From Spirochaetia bacterium (GTDB lineage Bacteria > Spirochaetota > Spirochaetia > UBA9216): a DNA stretch of 64,000 nt. The stretch lies in contig CAXXYH010000004.1 of the NCBI GenBank assembly GCA_963677925.2, positions 1,632,001-1,696,000 on the forward strand, in the 5' to 3' direction. Of this stretch, positions 18,812 through 26,854 are shown one piece after another. The notes under the pieces are model-generated. The model ran no database searches. It was not told the origin of the DNA and saw only the letters and a list, made by a program, of their open reading frames with translations. Position numbers and translations under genes: made by a program. Within the stretch, counting starts at the first letter, position 1. Each line of letters begins with the position of its first letter.

Positions 18812-20004
18812 CAGATTGAGCCTCTGAAAAAGCGTTTTACCGGCGGTTTGAAGATCCGGTGTATGATGAAGATGCTTTTCAGTTTGTTTTTTAACTGTCC
18901 ACCGTATACGAAGGGCAGGAGTATGCTGTACAGAACCGTGTATGTCCGCTTTGATTCAGTCATTGAGTGAAGACAGCCGTGCTGGATTAGTCTGAAAATA
19001 CGTTCGCTTTTTCTAAGCCTGGTTTTAAGTGTCATGATAACTTTTTCCGGTACTGTGCCTGGAAAGAAGTACTCAAGCATTTCAAGTGAAAAGAGTGAAA
19101 AGCCTGCAGTGACGGTTATCTCTGCAGTTGAAAGAAAGTCTTCCCAGTCAAAACCGGGCTGTGAACACAGATGTTTCATATCAAGGGTATACCGGAGTGT
19201 AAACTTATATTTTACAACCGAACGCCTGAAAGCGTTATGCATACAGATAAGCCAGAGGTTGTCGGATGGTGTCAGTATTCTGCAGCCTAAATCTTCAGAG
19301 TAAACAGATCGTTCAAGAAGCTTGTCGCTGTGCAGCCATAGTTTATCAAGGTTGAAACTGTAGACCCTGCTCCTTTCGAAGGGGTGGGTATGAATTTCAG
19401 TCAGCAGATCGTCTTTTTCCGAGAGGTATTCGAACTGGTTAGTCCAGCTCTTAAGTGAGTCTATGTTTCCGTCCAGGTCTTCGCTTTTCAGATAAAGTTT
19501 TCTCGCATCACCTTTGTAGGTGAATCCGTTTTTAAGCATAATCCGATGGACTTCTGCTATGTCATTCTCTTTTATCAGGAGGTCCAGATCGTTCACATCC
19601 CTCGGGATCTCGGAGCTGCCAAGGCTGAAACCTTTTAAGAGACAGAGTTCAATACCGGCCTTTTCAAGAAGTGATTTTATAAGTTCAAGTTTTTCAAAAT
19701 ATATCGTTTTTTCCAGAGCGGCAAGTTTATCAATCCGCTGCAGAGTGGAGACTGTTCCTTCAGGCAGTCTGCTTTCCGGCCGAGGATGGGGCTTATCTCT
19801 CTGTTCATCCAATATCAGGTATGCAAAACTCCTAAGCAGTTTATGAGTTTGAAGAAGTCTGAAAATAAAATTCCAGTCAAGGCCGGCGGTATTTATTCCG
19901 GAGACGGCGGCCGGGTATTTTCGGTCTGTAAAGAAACTGAGTATGAACTTCTCTTCCTCTGACAGTCTTGAATTTAATTTCATTTTACAGAAAGACTTTA
20001 TCAC
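18811..20004 (-). CDS. Nucleotidyltransferase family protein (NTP_transf_5-like); start may be ATG 19983
   Basis: LDWNFIFRLLQTHKL, LLKG...RDVNDLDLLI, EIH, LICMH...Y.LD pattern. Confidence 0.8.
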   Translation of the reverse strand: MIKSFCKMKLNSRLSEEEKFILSFFTDRKYPAAVSGINTAGLDWNFIFRLLQTHKLLRSFAYLILDEQRDKPHPRPESRLPEGTVSTLQRIDKLAALEKTIYFEKLELIKSLLEKAGIELCLLKGFSLGSSEIPRDVNDLDLLIKENDIAEVHRIMLKNGFTYKGDARKLYLKSEDLDGNIDSLKSWTNQFEYLSEKDDLLTEIHTHPFERSRVYSFNLDKLWLHSDKLLERSVYSEDLGCRILTPSDNLWLICMHNAFRRSVVKYKFTLRYTLDMKHLCSQPGFDWEDFLSTAEITVTAGFSLFSLEMLEYFFPGTVPEKVIMTLKTRLRKSERIFRLIQHGCLHSMTESKRTYTVLYSILLPFVYGGQLKNKLKSIFIIHRIFKPPVKRFFRGSI

Positions 20005-20055
20005 ATTTATGCATTATGAAAAACTGCAGATTCAGCTAATCACCAACTCCAGTCT

Positions 20056-20262
20056 TCAGCCTGATGTTGACGCTCCGGAGGTGTCGTCAGGTTCGGAGGT
20101 ATCTGAATCTGTGCTATCGCTGTCGGTGTCAGTATCCGGATAATCCTGTTCCGTGTCTGTATCGGTCGTATCTGTTCCTGCACCGGGATCGGGATTACAT
20201 GCTGAAAGGGAAAAAGCAGTTATAAGTATTAATATTAGTAATACGGCTGAGATTTTTTTCAT
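20056..20262 (-). CDS. Small acidic lipoprotein/lipopeptide, 68 aa; start moved to ATG 20262
   Basis: MKK + hydrophobic core + LSA|C lipobox; 47-aa mature part dominated by DT/DS repeats. Confidence 0.7.
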   Translation of the reverse strand: MKKISAVLLILILITAFSLSACNPDPGAGTDTTDTDTEQDYPDTDTDSDSTDSDTSEPDDTSGASTSG

Positions 20263-20317
20263 ATGATTCCAAATATATACCAGAAAAACAATCCCTACAA
20301 TAAACAACCGTCTCTTC

Positions 20318-20346
20318 TTGACTATACCGGCCGGAGTAATTAAATT
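20318..20346 (+). promoter_or_regulatory. sigma70 promoter for coaX-like/pdxS/pdxT
   Basis: TTGACT(20318-23)-17-TAAATT(20341-46). Confidence 0.55.
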
Positions 20347-20511
20347 GAGATAATCAGGTCGACTGGTTCAGCGGCCATGATGTGCAGAATTTAAATCATA
20401 TCTTATCAATTGGTTCAGACTTGATCTGGGGAGGACAGGTACTAATGAACAAATTCAGTAATCACCAAATTTTAAATTTACACATAAAGCATAATGAAAA
20501 AGGGAAGGGCG

Positions 20512-21285
20512 ATGGTTCTTGCAGTTGATATAGGCAGCACTGTAATCTTCGGCGGAGTTCTCAAGGAAGGAAAGCTTCTGGCCGATTTCAGAAAGAGTAC
20601 AGCCGCGGCTTTAACGGAGGATGAGCTTGGACTCTTCTTTCTAAGCTGGCTGACGGCCAACGGAAAAAGCCGTGAAGATGTAGACGCTGCAGTCTTCTGC
20701 TCGGTTGTTCCCGAGCTTAATGCGGTTATGAACGGCTGTATCCGGAAATATTTCGGTATTGAAGCCCTGAGTCTGAAGGCCGGCGTTAAAAGCGGGCTTA
20801 AGCTGCGGTATTCAAATCCCCGTGAGCTTGGCGCTGATTTGATAGCAAATGCTGTGGCGGCATCCAAACTGTATCCGGATGAAAACCTGATTATCGTTGA
20901 CTTCGGAACTGCAACAAGTCTCTGCGCGGTCAGTTCGGCGGGTGAATATCTCGGGGGTACCCTGATTCCCGGGCTATCCGTTGCGATGGAAGCCCTGTCG
21001 GCGCGGACTGCAGGACTGCCTGTGGTGGAAATACAGCCTGTTGATAAGGTCTGTGCCCGGGATGTGTCCGGCGGAATCCAGAGCGGACTGTATTACGGTA
21101 CTCTTGGAATGCTGAAGGAACTTACCGGCCGTATGGAGGATGAGTGTTTTTCCTCCGAAGGCTGCAGGATTATCTCTACCGGGATGTATGCTGATCTCTA
21201 TTCAGGCTTCGGCCTATTCGACAAAAATGTTCCCGAACTTGTCCTCCTCGGACTCGAACAGATTCATCTGTATAATCTGAACTGA
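20512..21285 (+). CDS. coaX: Type III pantothenate kinase homolog with substituted active-site motifs; start probably ATG 20512
   Basis: VDIGST, CSVVP, YSNPRELGAD, VDFGTA, GGTLIPG, IQSG; the canonical GADR reads GADL. Confidence 0.72.
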   Translation: MVLAVDIGSTVIFGGVLKEGKLLADFRKSTAAALTEDELGLFFLSWLTANGKSREDVDAAVFCSVVPELNAVMNGCIRKYFGIEALSLKAGVKSGLKLRYSNPRELGADLIANAVAASKLYPDENLIIVDFGTATSLCAVSSAGEYLGGTLIPGLSVAMEALSARTAGLPVVEIQPVDKVCARDVSGGIQSGLYYGTLGMLKELTGRMEDECFSSEGCRIISTGMYADLYSGFGLFDKNVPELVLLGLEQIHLYNLN

Positions 21286-21303
21286 TCTTCATCGGAGGAT
21301 TAG

Positions 21304-22194
21304 ATGAACGAAAAACAGAATGCGACATGGAAACTTAAGGTAGGCCTTGCCGAGATGCTTAAGGGCGGGGTGATTATGGATGTAGTCACCGAAGAACATG
21401 CTAAAATTGCCGAAGACGCAGGCGCTTCGGCGGTTATGGCTCTGGAGCGTGTTCCGGCCGATATACGCGCTTCGGGAGGGGTTGCCAGAATGAGTGATCC
21501 CGATTTGATTCAGCGGATTCAGGAAGCGGTTTCAATTCCGGTAATGGCTAAATGCAGAATCGGGCATGTTATGGAAGCCCGGATGCTTGAAGCAATGAAG
21601 ATTGACTTTATCGACGAATCGGAGGTTCTTACTCCTGCTGATGACCGCTACCATGTCTACAAACATGATTTCACAGTGCCCTTCGTCTGCGGCTGCCGTA
21701 ATCTCGGCGAAGCTCTGAGGCGTATTTCTGAGGGGGCTGCCCTTATCAGGACTAAGGGTGAGGCCGGAACCGGCGATATAGTAGAGGCTGTACGTCACAT
21801 GCGTACACTGAAAGAGGATATCGCTCAGCTTGCCTCTCTGCCGCGGGAAACCCTGGTGTCAAAGGCCAAGGAGCTTGGGGCTCCTGCAGAGCTGGTTATT
21901 CTGACGGCAGAGGCGGGGCGTCTTCCAGTGCCGAACTTTTCCGCGGGCGGCGTGGCTACTCCAGCCGATGCCGCTTTGATGATGTATCTGGGGGCGGAGT
22001 CAGTATTTGTCGGTTCAGGAATCTTTAAATCAGCCGACCCTGCCAAAAGAGCATCGGCAATAGTTGAGGCTGTGAGTCACTATGAAGATGCGGACAGACT
22101 TGTTTCCGTATCGAGAAATCTCGGAGCGCCTATGACCGGAATAAATATGGATGAACTGCTTCCGGAACAGCGCATAGCTGTCAGAGGATGGTGA
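21304..22194 (+). CDS. pdxS: Pyridoxal 5'-phosphate synthase lyase subunit
   Basis: [47 protein letters not shown], ends RGW. Confidence 0.97.
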   Translation: MNEKQNATWKLKVGLAEMLKGGVIMDVVTEEHAKIAEDAGASAVMALERVPADIRASGGVARMSDPDLIQRIQEAVSIPVMAKCRIGHVMEARMLEAMKIDFIDESEVLTPADDRYHVYKHDFTVPFVCGCRNLGEALRRISEGAALIRTKGEAGTGDIVEAVRHMRTLKEDIAQLASLPRETLVSKAKELGAPAELVILTAEAGRLPVPNFSAGGVATPADAALMMYLGAESVFVGSGIFKSADPAKRASAIVEAVSHYEDADRLVSVSRNLGAPMTGINMDELLPEQRIAVRGW

Positions 22195-22195
22195 A

Positions 22196-22780
22196 ATGAC
22201 AATAGGTGTGCTTGCTCTGCAGGGCGGATTTTCCGCCCACCTGGGCATTCTTGAAAAAATGGGTACCGAGATATCTGAGGTCCGTACAGCAGAAGAGCTT
22301 GCTGCAGCGGATGCTCTTGTTATTCCCGGCGGTGAGAGCTCTGTGATTGCCGATCTGCTTGTACGTAACTGCATGTTTGAACCGCTAAAAGAAAAGATTG
22401 ATGCCGGATTTCCGGTCTTCGGTACCTGTGCCGGAATGATCATGCTGTCTAAATCAGCTTCCGGCGGAAAAGCCGTAAAGACGCTTGATGTGATGGATAT
22501 CGATGTTGAACGAAACGCATACGGAACCCAGGCCGACAGCTTTGAAGCACCGCTTAAGTGGGAGTCCGGCCCGATGCGTGGCGGCTATTTTGTCGGTATT
22601 TTTATCAGGGCGCCGAGGGTAGTCAGGTTTGGAGGCGGCGTAGATGTTCTTTCATCATGGCGTGACAGTCCGGTCCTTCTTCGGCAGGGCAGTATTCTTG
22701 CTTCCTGTTTTCATCCCGAGCTTGCCGGCAATTCCGGAGTTCATGAATATTTTGTAAATCATATAGTGAAGAAAGCATAG
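22196..22780 (+). CDS. pdxT: Pyridoxal 5'-phosphate synthase glutaminase subunit
   Basis: GVLALQG, PGGES, GTCAG, RNAYG.Q..SF, FIRAP, FHPEL. Confidence 0.96.
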   Translation: MTIGVLALQGGFSAHLGILEKMGTEISEVRTAEELAAADALVIPGGESSVIADLLVRNCMFEPLKEKIDAGFPVFGTCAGMIMLSKSASGGKAVKTLDVMDIDVERNAYGTQADSFEAPLKWESGPMRGGYFVGIFIRAPRVVRFGGGVDVLSSWRDSPVLLRQGSILASCFHPELAGNSGVHEYFVNHIVKKA

Positions 22781-22848
22781 TGAGGCTTTTAATCAATCTG
22801 TCGTGCGGCTGCCGGGGCTCTTGTCCCTGCAGTCTTCTGCTGCTTTGT

Positions 22849-24441
22849 TCAGGCCTTCGGAAGGCTCAGGACAAAGCGGCAGCCTCCTGATTCCCGGTTC
22901 TCTATGCTGCAGCTTCCGTTGTAATAATCGGTGATTGCCTGCACAATGGATAATCCCAGGCCGGAATGATTTTTCCGATCTTCATCACTGCGATCGGAAT
23001 AGAACCGTCTGAATACTTCCTGTTCTGTGCCTGCCGGAACTCCAGGCCCTGCATCTGATATTTCAATCCAGCATGCGTCCTCATCTTCGAACAGCCTCAC
23101 TTCCACTTCAGAACCTTCCGAACTGAAAGACAGAGCATTATCCACAGGGTTGGTTACGGCCTGAACAAGGCGGTCTATGTTTATTCTGATGCCGCATTCT
23201 TTGCCTGTCAGGTCGGTGAATTTTATCCGGCTGTATCTGGAAAGGATGACCGGAAGGACTTCGGAAAGATTAACATCTTCCTTTTTTTCGATTTCAAACA
23301 TATTTTCAAGGCTGCTGATTTCACGAAGTTCACCAAGCTGTCTCTCCATCCGTTTCTCTTCATCAAGAATCTGGTTCAGCAGGATCGAGAGGTCCGGGTC
23401 TTCGGAAAGCTTTGCAGCTTTTTTAGAGGCAATTTCGGCAGAGGCTTTGATTGCAGAGAGCGGGTTTTTAAGTTCGTGCAGCATGTCAGAAGTAAATCTG
23501 TCTATGAACTCCATCTTGTTTTCAAGATCTCCGCTGAGTTTTGTCAGTGAGCGTGAAAGCTCGCCTATCTCATCACCCCGTTTAAATCCGGTGAAATGGT
23601 TGCGGAAGTTGCCGGAGCTGTCAAGGATTGTTCCGGCTTCGTTTTTAAGTTTCACCACCGGAATTGTTATGCTGCGGGCAAGGATGATCGAGAGAAGTAC
23701 CGAGATCGCCAGAAAAAGCAGGAAGATCCGGATTATATCAAGACGAAGTTCATACAGGTAGCTGAGGATCTGGTAGGTTGACCGTGAAACAAGGACCGCC
23801 CCGCAGACCTTGAACTGCTGTTCATCGGAATATACCGGGAGCGCCGAGTACAGGTTGATTGAGCGCTGACCGCCTGTGGAAAGCCGGGTTGCTGCCCCGT
23901 ACCGGCCGCTGAGCGCCGCTTTGATTTCGTCGCCGTCCAGCACTGTTTTACCGCTGTAGTATTCACCGCTTCCCATGTCAGGCGATGGAGGAAATATCAG
24001 CTTCTCAAGTGCATTCAACGGATAGACTGCAATTCTGTATAGCAGGGTATCCTGTGCGGCTGTAATCTCTTCCGGGTAGTTTTCAAAAGAATCAGCTGAT
24101 ACTCTTTTGGATATTGTCCATTCGTCAGCTATGGATTCAGTATTGTCCTCCTGACGTGCCGAATCTGCAAGAAGCATCCCCTGTTCATCTACTATTCTGA
24201 TTCTTGAATCAACCCTCTGTCGGAGATCGCCAATTATCCGCCGGGCATCCGCCTGCAGATTCGCGGAGGCGTTCAGCGCAGCGCTCAGCATCCGCCCCTG
24301 CTGAATCATTGAGTTTTCCTGAGCCTTCAGCAGCTGGCTCTCGTATGTGTCAAGATAAAGTATGCTTGCCATAGGCAGAGAAAGAAGCAGTATATTGAAA
24401 GCCAGCAGCTTTACCGATATTTTTCGAAGCCCGAACTTCAT
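22849..24441 (-). CDS. Sensor histidine kinase (ChvG/CreC-like; TM, HAMP, HisKA, HATPase)
   Basis: RGDEIGELS, HELKNPL, NPVDNALSF, DAGPG, SGLGLSI. Confidence 0.88.
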   Translation of the reverse strand: MKFGLRKISVKLLAFNILLLSLPMASILYLDTYESQLLKAQENSMIQQGRMLSAALNASANLQADARRIIGDLRQRVDSRIRIVDEQGMLLADSARQEDNTESIADEWTISKRVSADSFENYPEEITAAQDTLLYRIAVYPLNALEKLIFPPSPDMGSGEYYSGKTVLDGDEIKAALSGRYGAATRLSTGGQRSINLYSALPVYSDEQQFKVCGAVLVSRSTYQILSYLYELRLDIIRIFLLFLAISVLLSIILARSITIPVVKLKNEAGTILDSSGNFRNHFTGFKRGDEIGELSRSLTKLSGDLENKMEFIDRFTSDMLHELKNPLSAIKASAEIASKKAAKLSEDPDLSILLNQILDEEKRMERQLGELREISSLENMFEIEKKEDVNLSEVLPVILSRYSRIKFTDLTGKECGIRINIDRLVQAVTNPVDNALSFSSEGSEVEVRLFEDEDACWIEISDAGPGVPAGTEQEVFRRFYSDRSDEDRKNHSGLGLSIVQAITDYYNGSCSIENRESGGCRFVLSLPKA

Positions 24442-25130
24442 TCGTCAATCCTCAAGCGGTATCCAAAGCCGTAAACGGCTTCAAATACCTCTGCGTCAGA
24501 ATCATAATCCTTGATCTTCTTCCTGATTCTCTTTATATGGCTGTCGGCAGCCCTGTCGTTTACGTATAAATCCTCAGGGAAGGCTGCTGACATCAGCTGT
24601 TCCCTGGTTTTAACGGTGCCGGGAGCTGCTGCTAACGATTCAAGTATTCTGAACTCTGTAACCGAAAGTTTCACCTGCTGTGCTTTCCACCGGCATATCA
24701 GCTCTGATGAGCACATCTGAAGCGGTCCTGTTTCAATGTTCCATGTACTGCACGCCGGAACTGCTGCACCGATCCGCCTTACAGCCGCCCGTATGCGTGC
24801 CGTAAGCTCCATCATGCTGAACGGCTTGCACACGTAGTCATCCGCTCCGGTTTCAAGGCCGAGAACCCTGTCGTATTCATCATCCCGTGATGATAGAAAA
24901 ATTACCGGAACAGCACTGTCTATGCTTCTTATTCTGCGGCAGAGCTCAAGACCGTTAATCCGCGGCATCATTATATCAAGTATGATGACATCCGGCCTCT
25001 GTTCCTTGAAATCGGCCCAGGCCGTTTCTCCGTTGGAATATTCGCTTACTTCAAAGCCCTCCTCCCGGAGCGCCAGCGTTATGAGATTTCTGATTCCCTT
25101 TTCATCGTCAACAACGGCAACCCTATGCAT
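24438..25130 (-). CDS. OmpR-family response regulator (ChvI/CreB-like); start probably ATG 25130
   Basis: VAVVDDE, LDIMMP, GADDYVCKPF, DSHIKRIRKK, YGFGYR. Confidence 0.9.
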   Translation of the reverse strand: MHRVAVVDDEKGIRNLITLALREEGFEVSEYSNGETAWADFKEQRPDVIILDIMMPRINGLELCRRIRSIDSAVPVIFLSSRDDEYDRVLGLETGADDYVCKPFSMMELTARIRAAVRRIGAAVPACSTWNIETGPLQMCSSELICRWKAQQVKLSVTEFRILESLAAAPGTVKTREQLMSAAFPEDLYVNDRAADSHIKRIRKKIKDYDSDAEVFEAVYGFGYRLRIDE

Positions 25131-25190
25131 ATTCAATAAAATACCATAATTATATCGAACTGTAATCATGACTTTTGCTTCCTTGGTTAA

Positions 25191-25246
25191 CTGCCTTAAT
25201 TCTGCCTTTTTTCTGCCGCGATAGCGCCTGCAGCCGGGTATAAGCT
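25191..25246 (+). promoter_or_regulatory. Three CTGCC direct repeats (11-bp period) and -10 box upstream of creD
   Basis: CTGCC at 25191, 25202, 25213; TAAGCT at 25241-46. Confidence 0.6.
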
Positions 25247-25274
25247 TGGAATCAAATTATGAAGGAGCAATACT

Positions 25275-26627
25275 ATGACACAAAGGCAGAGAATACTGTC
25301 GCATATAACCGGAACTCAGGGATTCAAGGCTGCAGTTCTGGTTGTCCTGACACTGATAATGCTTATACCGCTTTCAATGGTAAGATCGCTTATAAACGAG
25401 CGCCTTTACAGGGCTTATGAGGTTAAAAGCGAAATATCCTCTGCTGCCGGCGGAGAATTAAGCTTTGCCGGCCCTGTGCTTAAGATTCCGGGAACCAGAA
25501 GAATTGAACGTGTAATTACTGATGAGAACGGACATAAAAGCAGGGAGTATTATGAAGAGTCCTTTTCGATGTGGTACAGCCCTGAGACTCTTGATGTAAG
25601 TGTTGTGCTTGATACTGAAAACAAATTCAGGGGCATTTTCTACACTCCGGTTTTTACAGGAAGTATAGAAATGAAGGGCAGTTTTAATTTAACGGAGTTA
25701 GAAGCTGATTCTGTAGAAAATGAGGTTCTGTACCCCGAAGAAGCTGAAATAATCATTCCGTTCTTCAATCAGAAGGGAATCAGGGGTGTTTCCGAAGCAG
25801 ACTGGAACGAAACTACACTCAGTTTAAAACCCGGGAGCAGGGGGCTTTCTATCGGAAACGGCGGAATCTACTCGGAGGCTCCTTTGGATGCTGCGTCACT
25901 TGAAAACTCCTGGTTCCATTTCAGTATTCTTGCTGCAGGAGCAGAAAATATAAGGATTCTGCCGCTGGCTTCATCCTCTGAAATCAGTATAGCCGCTGAC
26001 TGGCCGTCACCTTCTTTCAGCGGCTTTTCTCTTCCTGCAGAACATAACATCAGTGACGCCGGCTTTACTGCCGTCTGGAACTGCAGCAGTCTTTCAAGTG
26101 GCTTGCCGGTGAAATGGGATGACAGAAGAAGCTTTGATGAGTATCAGCTGTATGATGCCGGAATTAATACGGGGCTGATAAATATCCATGACCACTATGA
26201 GCAGAACGAAAGAGCGGCAAAATATGCTGTACTGTTTATTCTGATACCCTTCATCACACTGTTTCTGTTCGAGCATTTTTTTAAGCGCCGGATTCATGTT
26301 ATTCAGTACATACTCGCCGGGATCGCGAATATAATATTCTATCTTTTATTGCTCTCGATGTCCGAGCATATCAGCTTTAATCTCTCCTACCTTGTATCCG
26401 CAGCCTCGGTTACCATCATGCTGTGTCTGTACACCTTTTCAGTTCTGAAAGGCGATAAAAAGGCATGGTATATGGCACCGGTAATGACTGCTGTTTACCT
26501 GTTTCTTTTTATTGCACTTCAGTCGGAAGACTGGTCGCTTCTCATCGGTTCGGTCGGTGTTTTTGCAATCACGGGCTTTCTCATGTTTATTACCCGTAAA
26601 ATCGACTTCTATAAGTCCGGGGAATAA
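25275..26627 (+). CDS. creD: Inner membrane protein CreD
   Basis: LIPL..V..LINER, FAGPVL.IP, RGIF..PVF, WPSPSF.G, RAAKY, HVIQY.L.G, FYLLLLSMSEHI, LL.GS. Confidence 0.92.
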   Translation: MTQRQRILSHITGTQGFKAAVLVVLTLIMLIPLSMVRSLINERLYRAYEVKSEISSAAGGELSFAGPVLKIPGTRRIERVITDENGHKSREYYEESFSMWYSPETLDVSVVLDTENKFRGIFYTPVFTGSIEMKGSFNLTELEADSVENEVLYPEEAEIIIPFFNQKGIRGVSEADWNETTLSLKPGSRGLSIGNGGIYSEAPLDAASLENSWFHFSILAAGAENIRILPLASSSEISIAADWPSPSFSGFSLPAEHNISDAGFTAVWNCSSLSSGLPVKWDDRRSFDEYQLYDAGINTGLINIHDHYEQNERAAKYAVLFILIPFITLFLFEHFFKRRIHVIQYILAGIANIIFYLLLLSMSEHISFNLSYLVSAASVTIMLCLYTFSVLKGDKKAWYMAPVMTAVYLFLFIALQSEDWSLLIGSVGVFAITGFLMFITRKIDFYKSGE

Positions 26628-26678
26628 CCGGCTACGGCAGGCCCCCTCCAGCCTGTTTGACATATCCTCTCTATCTTT

Positions 26679-26722
26679 GCAGGTTCGGTTTCAGCTGAAA
26701 GCCGGGCCTGCTTCTTTTTTTT
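26679..26722 (+). terminator. Intrinsic terminator after creD
   Basis: GCAGGTTCGGTTT...AAAGCCGGGCCTGC followed by a T-tract. Confidence 0.75.
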
Positions 26723-26854
26723 GAGGCTCTGTTATAGCTCTAATTAATTCTTGATAAATTTCTAATAAATCGACATTTTTTATCTTTACTCAGCTGAAAT
26801 TACTGTGTATTGTCTATTGATTTCTACAAAAACCAGAATTGGGGGTACTTCAAT

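Noticed and set aside
20056-20200. DT/DS-coding repeats, and the 33-bp repeats near 42.3 kb, as CRISPR or VNTR elements
   Set aside because: They are degenerate in-frame coding repeats with no identical repeat-spacer structure and no cas genes.
17218-20262. Calling this cassette a lasso peptide cluster
   Set aside because: No asparagine-synthetase-like cyclase, no transglutaminase-like B2 peptidase, and no precursor with a YxxP...T-x-G leader pattern was seen.
26657-26680. TTGACA downstream of creD as the ectB promoter
   Set aside because: No -10 box at 16-18 bp, and it lies upstream of the creD terminator.
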